From an archaeon (GTDB lineage: Archaea; Asgardarchaeota; Thorarchaeia; Thorarchaeales; Thorarchaeaceae), in contig JAJRZD010000077.1 in assembly GCA_024275415.1 (NCBI GenBank), positions 16,586 to 48,585 on the forward strand: 32,000 nt of DNA. The letters are read 5' to 3'. Position numbers and translations under genes: made by a program. Under the pieces are notes generated by a model that saw only the letters and a program-made list of their open reading frames with translations, was not told the DNA's origin and searched no databases. This document shows positions 1-7,798 of this stretch, in pieces. The first letter of the stretch is position 1. Each line of letters starts with the position of its first letter.

Positions 1-38
1 ATTGCTGTGAACATTCACTGACTCTTTGGTGGTACCTG

Positions 39-794
39 ATGAACCAAGATCTCGTATTGCAGATTGAGCGCATAAATGCCGATATGTGGGTTGCAGAAGA
101 GAACCACACGTTAGGTGGTTGGGTGTTGCGGTCGAATAGGGATGTGACATGGCGAGCCAACAGCGTTCTGCCCATGTCCTCACCCGGAATTGGACTTGAC
201 GAAGCAATCCACTACTGTGTCGATTTCTATAAATCAAGGGATATCACCCCAAAATTTCAGCTTACCGAGTTCAGCCAGCCATTGGGACTTGATTCCATCC
301 TTGAGCAGAAAGGATGGAGGAAAGGGATTGAAGTGGACGTCCAAACGAAAGACATCAGCAAGTATGAGCCTATGTCATTAGAATATCAGGTGGACATCCT
401 TGAAAGTCCCAGTTCGGAATGGCTAGATTGCTTTTTTGAGGGCACAGGGCATGATTCTCACGATCTTGAAGTGCGGCGTGAACTCATGCTTCGTTCCAAT
501 GTCCACAAGGCGTTTGCTCAGATTAGGGTCGGTGACGTCGTAGCATGTGTCGGAGTTGGGATGGCATTGGATGGATGGATTGGTCTTTTCCGAATTGGCA
601 CAAGACCCCATTTCAGGAGGCAGGGCCTTGCCCAAAGACTCAGCGAAGGGCTTCTCGAATGGGGATTGAGCAAGGGTGCATTTCGCGCCTTTCTACAGGT
701 CGAGTCTGACAACGACCACGCGAAGAAGCTCTACGCCAAGCTAGGTTTTTCCTCGCTCTACATGTACTGGTATCGTTATCTTCCTGATGAATAG
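39..794 (+). CDS. GNAT family N-acetyltransferase
   Basis: 251 aa. C-terminal GNAT acetyl-CoA motif A (IGTRPHFRRQGLAQRL) and motif B (LQVESDNDHAKKLYAKLGF). Confidence 0.9.
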   Translation: MNQDLVLQIERINADMWVAEENHTLGGWVLRSNRDVTWRANSVLPMSSPGIGLDEAIHYCVDFYKSRDITPKFQLTEFSQPLGLDSILEQKGWRKGIEVDVQTKDISKYEPMSLEYQVDILESPSSEWLDCFFEGTGHDSHDLEVRRELMLRSNVHKAFAQIRVGDVVACVGVGMALDGWIGLFRIGTRPHFRRQGLAQRLSEGLLEWGLSKGAFRAFLQVESDNDHAKKLYAKLGFSSLYMYWYRYLPDE

Positions 795-829
795 CAGGTA
801 TGGCGGAGGCTGTTTCTCCACCATTAGAA

Positions 830-1621
830 TCATACCCTCTTGAGCCACGACTCGTAAGATCTCTTGATATCTTGTGATTGCTCACTATCACCAAAGTTTG
901 ATGGTGTGATAGAAACATTGTTTCCTTCAAGCAATGCTTCAATGACCATTATTCCCGGTGCTTCTATCCGATATCCAGGGATGCCATTTCTTTCTATCTT
1001 CTCAACATACACGATATCGGTGTTCTTCACTGTGGCATATAGTAGATATGCAGCCTTTTTCTCAGCTGTGATGCTGGGCGTAGTGACCTTTAGGGTTGTC
1101 TTGCTTCTAGGAGCTGGCTCTACATCTTTCGCAACGACCTCAAATTGCCTTTTTGCCGTACTAGTATCTGGAGGGGGAGTTGTTGACGGCCTGGACTCGA
1201 TGATTTCCACAGGTTTTGCTTCGTATGAGATTGCCTGCGCTGGGTCATATGCAAGGATGCCATCATCAAAACTCCATTTTCGATTCAACAACTCCTTGAA
1301 ATTGGTGATGTTCATAGCAACATCAGGCTCGCCCTCATCTTTTTCCATAATCTCAATCAAGTGTGTTAATGACATACCAATCGTGGTCGCTCCCACTGAG
1401 TATCCCGTCTTTTGCAGGCTTTTGCTCATCCGCAAGGCATGCATCCGAGTGGGCATGCTTACACTTCTTCCAATCCATACCCAACAAGTGTCGTTATATT
1501 CATCAAGAACGATAAGTGCTGAATCGCTGCTAACAAGCCCTGGATCCAGCTTGATATGTGACAATTCTCCGGCGTCGTCTTGCAGCATCAGAACAAAAGG
1601 CTTTCTTGAAAGTGGCTTCAA
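830..1621 (-). CDS. Gelsolin-like domain protein with Pro/Thr-rich linker and uncharacterised C-terminal domain (Asgard 1DGelX-like architecture)
   Basis: LVSSDSALIVLDEYNDTCWVWIGRSVSMPTRMHALRMS matches the gelsolin repeat consensus L.S.D.(F/Y)ILD....(I/V)(F/W)VW.G..S...E...A. Start placed at TTG 1621 because GGAGG (1634-1630) lies 8 nt upstream; the track starts at 1636. Confidence 0.75.
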   Translation of the reverse strand: MKPLSRKPFVLMLQDDAGELSHIKLDPGLVSSDSALIVLDEYNDTCWVWIGRSVSMPTRMHALRMSKSLQKTGYSVGATTIGMSLTHLIEIMEKDEGEPDVAMNITNFKELLNRKWSFDDGILAYDPAQAISYEAKPVEIIESRPSTTPPPDTSTAKRQFEVVAKDVEPAPRSKTTLKVTTPSITAEKKAAYLLYATVKNTDIVYVEKIERNGIPGYRIEAPGIMVIEALLEGNNVSITPSNFGDSEQSQDIKRSYESWLKRV

Positions 1622-1743
1622 ACAATCAACCTCCAAATGAAAATTGGTCTCAGGTTGATTTCTTGTTACTCCTTTTTAACTAAATTTTAGACGAACTCTC
1701 TTGAGAGTGATTGTTCTGATAGAGAATACCTCGATATCTACTA

Positions 1744-2010
1744 TCAGTTTGCGAGACTCGTAGAAGTCATATCGATCTCGATATCTATCGCCATCAACGA
1801 CTGTGTATCGGTAGTCCCCGGGATAGTCCTGATCCTTTGTGTGATTATCTCTACTAATGTTTCCATGTCGCGTCCTCTGACCTCCGCAATGATGTCAAAA
1901 GGTCCAAACACCTTGTGGGCCTCCTCTGTATATGAGAGTTCAAGCAATTTTCGAAGCACGTGGTCTTCTTTCCCGCTCTCAGTCTTTATCAGAACATAGG
2001 CTTTGACCAT
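1744..2010 (-). CDS. Stand-alone Lrp/AsnC ligand-binding (RAM) domain protein
   Basis: 88 aa, MVKAYVLIKTESGKE...EAHKVFGPFDIIAEV; typical RAM fold pattern with no HTH. Confidence 0.88.
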   Translation of the reverse strand: MVKAYVLIKTESGKEDHVLRKLLELSYTEEAHKVFGPFDIIAEVRGRDMETLVEIITQRIRTIPGTTDTQSLMAIDIEIDMTSTSLAN

Positions 2011-2346
2011 GGTTATTCACCGGATGCATTGAAGCCCACCAGCATGTTGCTGATAACTCTTACCATTTGAGGGATGGTGCCTTCTTGATAGCAATAAACA
2101 TCTACACAATATCTCTATATATTCTATATCCTACTTGCTTACTTGGGATAAAGGCCGACAGATACGAATATCTGTATCCCTTTCTCTCGACATTGGGATC
2201 AACTGAATTCCTAAACATACCTTTAGGAACAATCAACGAGTCCCATTAACGTAACGCCACTGCCAATCACATCCCCCTCATAGCGGGTGGGATTTAACAG
2301 GAAGGGCTTTACAGAGCCTTTAGAACCACATAGGAACGTGATTGAC

Positions 2347-2880
2347 ATGATACCAGCACCAAGACGACCAGTGTTCAAGACTGTGTTAATCGGAGAAGGT
2401 GGCGTTGGCAAGACCAGTATCACCTTACGCTATACTGAAAACCGTTTTGACGAGGACATGAAAATCACTATTGGCGTAAACCTTGCCACCAAGAAGGTCG
2501 AACTCGAAGGTGGAGGTGCCACGTTGATGCTCTGGGATCTTGGTGGACAACCACGATTCCGTGATGTGGTTTCTGAGTATTTCAAAGGTTCACGGATGGC
2601 GTTGGCTGTATATGATGTGACACGATACTTCACCCTTGAACGTCTGAAGGACTGGATTGACAAGCTCAAAGAGAATGTATCCGGTTGTGAGCTGATATTC
2701 GTAGGCAACAAGATTGACGAACGCGACCCTGAAACGGGAATATCTCTAGACACGGGCCGCGAGTTCGCATCACGATATAATGCTCCTTGTGTGGAGGTTT
2801 CAGCCAAGACCGGCGAAGGTATCGAGGAACTTTTCCAAGTCGTGACTCGAAGTCTAATCGAGAAGCACATGCAGAAATAA
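2347..2880 (+). CDS. Rab-like small GTPase
   Basis: G1 GEGGVGKTS, G2 ITIG, G3 WDLGGQ, G4 GNKID, G5 SAK; RabF-like IGVNL, RFRDVV, YFKGS, AVYDVT. Likely start ATG 2347 (track starts at GTG 2287). No C-terminal Cys. Confidence 0.92.
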   Translation: MIPAPRRPVFKTVLIGEGGVGKTSITLRYTENRFDEDMKITIGVNLATKKVELEGGGATLMLWDLGGQPRFRDVVSEYFKGSRMALAVYDVTRYFTLERLKDWIDKLKENVSGCELIFVGNKIDERDPETGISLDTGREFASRYNAPCVEVSAKTGEGIEELFQVVTRSLIEKHMQK

Positions 2881-3235
2881 GACACAGATGTCGAACATCG
2901 ATTGGTATCGCATACTTCTCATTACATTTGGAATGTAGCAACGTATCATAACATGTGGATTTCATACAGCTGCGTAAAGATAAGAAACGGTCGCACATCT
3001 CTTAATCAATCCTCTGTGAAACATCGAAGGTTTCTAGGTACAGACCTCTAGAATGGGGACATGAGGTCGCTTGTATGCACTTCACAGAGTCAATCCGCTG
3101 CCGTTGTCTGGGAGCACAACATTCTGATGTTAAAACCCGTGCTACTTACAATGAAGGATAAAAGGAAAATCACATAGGGCTGAATGCAGGGATTACCTGA
3201 TTCGCCCTTGTACATTTCGAATAGGATTTGCTGTT

Positions 3236-3886
3236 CTAGATATTCTTGAATTCATCAATCCGTTCCATGTATTCGTCCCTACGGGTTCTTGGGAACATGA
3301 TGAATCTGCATTCTTTGTCGCCTGCTGCTTCACACATGATTTCCTCAGCTTCAAGATCGACACCTGCAACAACTGAGCACCAACCAGAGGAGTAACCTCC
3401 ATTGAAATAGCAGATATTATTCTGTGCACTTCTACCATCCTTCTTCCAGAGTTGCGCTTCAAAATTGTTTGGATGGTCGTACACTAGGAAGAACTCGTCA
3501 CCCTCTACAGGATTCGATCCAGGTAGTAGTCGTACTCTGACAAAACCTGAGTATGCCGCCCAAATCGGGCCAGCCGCGATTCTTTCCACAGGTGTTGATA
3601 GTCCAAGTTTTGGAAGCAGACGTTCTGCCTCAGACCTGCCAAACGATTGTCCTAGACGATAGATAAGAAGATCCCTTCCTGCTTCGCCGAGGACGGTGTC
3701 CAATTCGTCTTTTAGCGATAATGCCAATGTTCTAAGTCCTATGAACATCACATTGTCATCAAGAAGTTGGATTCGCCCTTCTTCAGGTATGAATTTTAAC
3801 TCATTCTTGAAAAACTCTTCATATTGGGTTTCGATTCGTTCAATCATCTCGCTCATTTCGGGGGGAGCTTCAACAGTCTTTACCAT
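3236..3886 (-). CDS. Stand-alone V4R (XylR-N/4-vinyl reductase) domain protein
   Basis: LKFIPEEGRIQLLDDNVMFI (XylR-N-like start), ICYFNGGYSSGWCS and EEIMCEAAGDKECRF (V4R Cys pattern). ATG 3886, or GTG 3895 as in the track. Confidence 0.85.
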   Translation of the reverse strand: MVKTVEAPPEMSEMIERIETQYEEFFKNELKFIPEEGRIQLLDDNVMFIGLRTLALSLKDELDTVLGEAGRDLLIYRLGQSFGRSEAERLLPKLGLSTPVERIAAGPIWAAYSGFVRVRLLPGSNPVEGDEFFLVYDHPNNFEAQLWKKDGRSAQNNICYFNGGYSSGWCSVVAGVDLEAEEIMCEAAGDKECRFIMFPRTRRDEYMERIDEFKNI

Positions 3887-3909
3887 TAATCGCACTTCCA
3901 GAATGATAT

Positions 3910-3939
3910 TTTTTAAATTATCAGAAATATTTAAATATT
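3910..3939 (-). promoter_or_regulatory. Candidate TATA boxes and 14-bp palindrome upstream of the V4R gene
   Basis: Perfect palindrome AATATTTAAATATT (3926-3939); TTTAAAAA on the minus strand (3917-3910), about 25-30 nt upstream of ATG 3886. Confidence 0.4.
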
Positions 3940-4176
3940 CTTGCTATTAACAGGATGTTGCCCATTATAATGGCTTTATTTGCTTTTTGTAACACTGGTT
4001 AATTCTTACACCGTGTTGCGGTCTTTTTTCTTGTATCTCCGCTGTTTATAGATTTCAACTGGATACCTGTTTATGTGTCGGTCATTGCACTCATAATTCA
4101 TATTTTTATGTTCTAAAATATAGAAAGATTCAAATTATTATGTGGGGCGATTATACCGTAGGATAGAGTGATTGAG

Positions 4177-4710
4177 ATGGCAGAACGAAACCCGGTATCA
4201 TTTTTCAAATTGGTTAGCCTGTGTAAGAAACACATTCAATGGGTTGGACTATCTGATGCATCTCTTGATATTCTGGCTTTGCTTCTTGCTGAGAAATATT
4301 GGTCAAAGGAGCCGATGTCCCCAGAGGAGATTGAAACAATCACTGGCTATTCAAGAGGGACTATCAGTGTCGCACTATCTCAATTGAAGGGTCTAGGATT
4401 CATCGATGGGATTCTTGATACGGCGCAGAAGGGACGAGGGCGGAAGAGAACGAAATATGCCATTAGCGGTGGTCTATCAGGGCTGATTGCGTTCGGTGTG
4501 AGAAAGCTGGATATCGAGTTGGGCTCGATGATCGAAGAACTTCAGGCCCTTATGGAAACAATCGGTGACGATGCTTCAGCAGAAAAGATGATCTCAGCAC
4601 TTGAAGAAGAAGCACGAACGAACATTTCCTTACTCAAAGATGCGTCTATGAAGATCCAAACGAATATAGCAAGGACGAACTCTATTACCAATGATAGTTC
4701 TGAGGATTAA
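4177..4710 (+). CDS. GbsR/MarR family winged-helix transcriptional regulator (copy 1)
   Basis: ILALLLAEK...PMSPEEIETITGYSRGTISVALSQLKGLGFI...GRGRKRTKY, followed by a helical coiled-coil-like C-terminus. ATG 4177 (GTG 4168 in track). Confidence 0.82.
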   Translation: MAERNPVSFFKLVSLCKKHIQWVGLSDASLDILALLLAEKYWSKEPMSPEEIETITGYSRGTISVALSQLKGLGFIDGILDTAQKGRGRKRTKYAISGGLSGLIAFGVRKLDIELGSMIEELQALMETIGDDASAEKMISALEEEARTNISLLKDASMKIQTNIARTNSITNDSSED

Positions 4711-4748
4711 TACGATTTTAAAACCACTTCTTTCAGTTCATTCTAAAA

Positions 4749-4776
4749 ATTTTGGATATTTCCAAAATATTTATAT
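4749..4776 (+). promoter_or_regulatory. Inverted repeat abutting a TATA-like box upstream of the Roadblock-GTPase operon
   Basis: ATTTTGGA-TATT-TCCAAAAT (4749-4768; 8-bp perfect arms, 4-nt spacer) followed by TTTATAT (4770-4776). Confidence 0.5.
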
Positions 4777-4912
4777 GAAAAAAAGATGATGTGAACTTTA
4801 GTCATGCATGGTGTTAATGAATTGGGATCTCTGAAGTTCCACGGGGACATTCACACTTCTTGATTGTTGATACCATTGCTAAACTATGAATGCTAAAGAA
4901 CTGGTGATTGAC

Positions 4913-5275
4913 ATGAGTGCCAAAATTAAGAAACTGGTTGATGTGTTGATGCAACTGGAACAAAACAGCGAAGTTGATGGCTGTGCCCTTGTAAGTGAAA
5001 GAGGACAGGTGATGGCTGCTGCACTCCACAAGGGGATTGATGAGAAGGCTGTATCTGCAATGGCTGCTGCTATTGTTTCAATCGGTGGTAGGGTTGGAGC
5101 TGCCCTTGACTCGGGCGAACCCCGAAACATTGTTTTGGAAGGAGAAAGAAAAACAATCATTGTCCGCAAGATCAGCAATGCTGCATTGATTGCTACTGCT
5201 CCCGCAGAAGCTAAGATTGGTCTCATTGACTTCGAGATGGACAAGACAGCCGGACAAATACAGGAAATCCTGTAG
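4913..5275 (+). CDS. Roadblock/LC7 (MglB/LAMTOR2-like) protein 1
   Basis: VDGCALVSERGQVMAAAL...AVSAMAAAIVSIGGRVGAAL..GEPRNIVLEGERKTIIV is canonical Roadblock. GGTGAT (4903-4908) suggests ATG 4913; track start 4886. Confidence 0.92.
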   Translation: MSAKIKKLVDVLMQLEQNSEVDGCALVSERGQVMAAALHKGIDEKAVSAMAAAIVSIGGRVGAALDSGEPRNIVLEGERKTIIVRKISNAALIATAPAEAKIGLIDFEMDKTAGQIQEIL

Positions 5276-5326
5276 CTTTTAAGATGGCCTTCATCTACTA
5301 ATTTTCCCTAAGAGGCAACTGACTTG

Positions 5327-5986
5327 ATGTCTTTGAAGAAACTGAAAACATACGATTACAAGATCTACGTCACAGGTCCTTTTCAAGCTGGGAAAACTAC
5401 CCTTATCCATACACTTGACCCTGATGCAATTTCTGTCGAGCGCGATATGAAAGAGGCATACCGTGGTGAAAAAAGCACGACCACAACGGGCTTCGACCTT
5501 GGGAGAGTCATCTGGGTGCGGAAAGAAGCAACCCATACCGGATTGATTGTACCGAAAAAAGAATACAATAGGGAAACGAGTGAATATGACGGATGGATTA
5601 CACGAGAGATAGAGCTTCGAGGAGTGCCAGGTCAGCTTCATTTCAAATTTGTCCGTGATACTATGAGGGTGAACACAGATGCCGTGCTGATGATAGTGGA
5701 TGCATCAGACCCCGGCATGATTGGAGACGCAAGTGCGATACTCGCTGAAACAACTGCGTCTTTTGGGGACATTCCTATGGTCGCTGTGGCAAACAAGCAG
5801 GATCGAGATGACGCTGCATCCCCCGAAGACATAGGACTCTGGCTTGGACTGCCACATGTCGTTGGTATGTGCGCAAGGAACCACGAATCTGCAAAGGATG
5901 CACTGTGCCTTCTCCTCAGAAAACTGGAGAAAAACATTCCACAGCAAAGGCAAGATACTGATACGATGATGACCCACAATTTTTGA
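5327..5986 (+). CDS. MglA/CvnD-like small GTPase
   Basis: KIYVTGPFQAGKTT (G1), TTTGFDLG (G2), GVPGQ (G3 variant typical of MglA/CvnD-type GTPases), ANKQD (G4), CAR (G5). Lies between Roadblock genes. Confidence 0.85.
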   Translation: MSLKKLKTYDYKIYVTGPFQAGKTTLIHTLDPDAISVERDMKEAYRGEKSTTTTGFDLGRVIWVRKEATHTGLIVPKKEYNRETSEYDGWITREIELRGVPGQLHFKFVRDTMRVNTDAVLMIVDASDPGMIGDASAILAETTASFGDIPMVAVANKQDRDDAASPEDIGLWLGLPHVVGMCARNHESAKDALCLLLRKLEKNIPQQRQDTDTMMTHNF

Positions 5987-5999
5987 GAACGGTGAGAAC

Positions 6000-6452
6000 A
6001 TGAGCAACCTTAACGATTTACCACCAATCATGGAGATCAGAAAACTGCTGTCCGATTTTGAAGTGAAAATACCCGTCTGGGGCTTGACCGTCTTCACAGT
6101 GGATGGCTACATTCTGGCACATCGATTATTCTCTGACGAAATGCCTGCAAATCTTGAAACCGCCATAAGCAGCATGTCCGCAGGACTGATTACGATCTCT
6201 GAGGACTTGATACGAATGGTTGATCCAAGTACGAGGTTCAGACAAGTACTTGTAGATGGTGAGGATGAACGAGGTGTTATCAGCTTCACAATACTGCTAA
6301 AGCAAGTGGCTGAAAATGTGATGCTTTCGTGCATCTTTCCCGTGCATGTGCAGCTTGGTCTGGTATCCTTTGAGATTGAGAATCTCTCGACTAGAATCTC
6401 AGACATTGTGGAACTCTGGGATGTCAAGCTACATGAGGAAACAGTAACATGA
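6000..6452 (+). CDS. Roadblock/LC7-fold protein 2 (divergent)
   Basis: WGLTVFTVDGYILAHRL...ETAISSMSAGLITISEDL...FRQVLVDGE...LSCIFPVHVQLGLVSFEIENL fits the Roadblock pattern; 13 nt downstream of the GTPase gene. Confidence 0.75.
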   Translation: MSNLNDLPPIMEIRKLLSDFEVKIPVWGLTVFTVDGYILAHRLFSDEMPANLETAISSMSAGLITISEDLIRMVDPSTRFRQVLVDGEDERGVISFTILLKQVAENVMLSCIFPVHVQLGLVSFEIENLSTRISDIVELWDVKLHEETVT

Positions 6453-6464
6453 TGGTGAATATCC

Positions 6465-6884
6465 ATGACACTTGGGAAACTAGACCAATTGAACGGGATT
6501 ATCCGGCAATTAATCAATACTTCAAAGGGTGCCATAACCAACTGCGTTGTAACTAACGAACGTGGTCTTGTGGTCGCAGGCGTATCCACCGACGGCTCAT
6601 CGCAGCAGGATTTAGCGGCGATGATATCCCTCCTTTCAGATACTGCTGTTCGCGTTAACGGGAATCTAGGCTTTGGAGCGCCAAAAGGAGTCCAGATTAC
6701 TGGATTAGGTGTATCTGTGTCTTTGCATGAATTCCTTGTACAGAACAGGCGATTTAAGATAGGGGCTATAGTGCAGGAAGGCTATCACTGGAGAACACTA
6801 TTCAGATCCAAGCCTGCCAGCCAGATTGTTGTCAATAAGCTGGAAAAAGCTGCAGGCATGATACGAAAAGTGCTGGAACAATGA
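6465..6884 (+). CDS. Roadblock/LC7 protein 3
   Basis: ITNCVVTNERGLVVAGV...DLAAMISLLSDTAVRVNGNLGFG..KGVQITG; 12 nt after the previous stop, with GGTGA upstream. Confidence 0.8.
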   Translation: MTLGKLDQLNGIIRQLINTSKGAITNCVVTNERGLVVAGVSTDGSSQQDLAAMISLLSDTAVRVNGNLGFGAPKGVQITGLGVSVSLHEFLVQNRRFKIGAIVQEGYHWRTLFRSKPASQIVVNKLEKAAGMIRKVLEQ

Positions 6885-7165
6885 GATGCTTCTGTAAATT
6901 GGGGCATATGCACATGTCACTATTTATTTCCATTCTGTCATCGCAACCGACACTCGGTGTCATTGACAGGGAGTGTTGCGTGGGATACACTCTTCGCATT
7001 GAAGAGTTGATTTCACACAAAGGTAGGAGAAACATTGCCCTCATAGGAATGAGAACACATTATATCTACATACATGTAGTTGAATCACACAACTACGGAA
7101 CAGATGCAAAAGTATCACCCAATAAGGACTTGGTTTTGTGGTTAGACTAAGGAGGATTGACCTGA

Positions 7166-7639
7166 ATGGATGACGCAACTCGGAGTAGTATGGAAAGTAT
7201 TACCAAACTATTACAGATCACAGCTGGAATGCTCGGACTGCAACGGTCAGCAGGTTCGGTTCTTGCGGCTTTGTACTTGAGCGATTTCGAGTCTGGTGGG
7301 CGTATGTCATCCAAGGAAGTTAGCGATGTCACTGGATTATCCAGAAGCATGATTTCTATGGTTCTCTCACAGCTTCAGTCATTGGATATAATCGATACGC
7401 ATCTGGATGTGACCAAGAAGCAGGGTGGGCGACGGACAATGCTGTACTCGTTGAGAATGGGTGTCCATGACCTTCTGAAGCTCGTCATCCAAAAGTATCT
7501 TGAACAGACACAAAGGATTTTGAATGACCTAGAACAGGTCAAGAGTGGACTTCCCGAAAGTGATATGGAGTCGCCCCTGATTCTAGACCGTGTGATGAGC
7601 GAACTTATTCTGTTTCTTGCTAATCCATGCGGCCTCTAG
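7166..7639 (+). CDS. GbsR/MarR family winged-helix transcriptional regulator (copy 2)
   Basis: GMLGLQRSAGSVLAALYLS...MSSKEVSDVTGLSRSMISMVLSQLQSLDII...GGRRTMLY; AGGAGG ribosome-binding site upstream. Confidence 0.85.
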   Translation: MDDATRSSMESITKLLQITAGMLGLQRSAGSVLAALYLSDFESGGRMSSKEVSDVTGLSRSMISMVLSQLQSLDIIDTHLDVTKKQGGRRTMLYSLRMGVHDLLKLVIQKYLEQTQRILNDLEQVKSGLPESDMESPLILDRVMSELILFLANPCGL

Positions 7640-7798
7640 GTCTCGGCTTCTTATGCTGGATGGAGATTTGAGCTCGCCTGAAAAAGGTCTATACGTTATA
7701 CTAAGAGCATTACCGGGTACGCTATCAAAATTCGAATCACTTGTTTGTCTAAAAATGATTTAAGGGCAAGTGAAACGTATTTGCTCTCAGGTCTTTGT

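Noticed and set aside
864-1640. 258-aa plus-strand ORF
   Set aside because: Antisense shadow of the gelsolin-domain gene; Ser/Ile-rich with no motifs.
1768-1790. Inverted repeat ATATCGA-TC-TCGATAT
   Set aside because: Lies within the RAM-domain CDS and is explained by the codons for IDIEID.
2158-2175. Hairpin ACAGATA-CGAA-TATCTGT between the RAM and Rab genes
   Set aside because: A 7-bp AT-rich stem with no U-tract and no gene ending nearby; plausible by chance.
2881-3235. 355-nt gap between the Rab and V4R stops, with a 38-codon ORF (3061-3177) and small stems
   Set aside because: No RBS or protein-like pattern; the stems are 5-6 bp only.
3908-4776. Apparent similarity between the AT-rich elements at ~3908-3935 and ~4749-4776 (shared AAATATTTA)
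   Set aside because: Both are very AT-rich TATA regions, so the match is not distinguishable from background.
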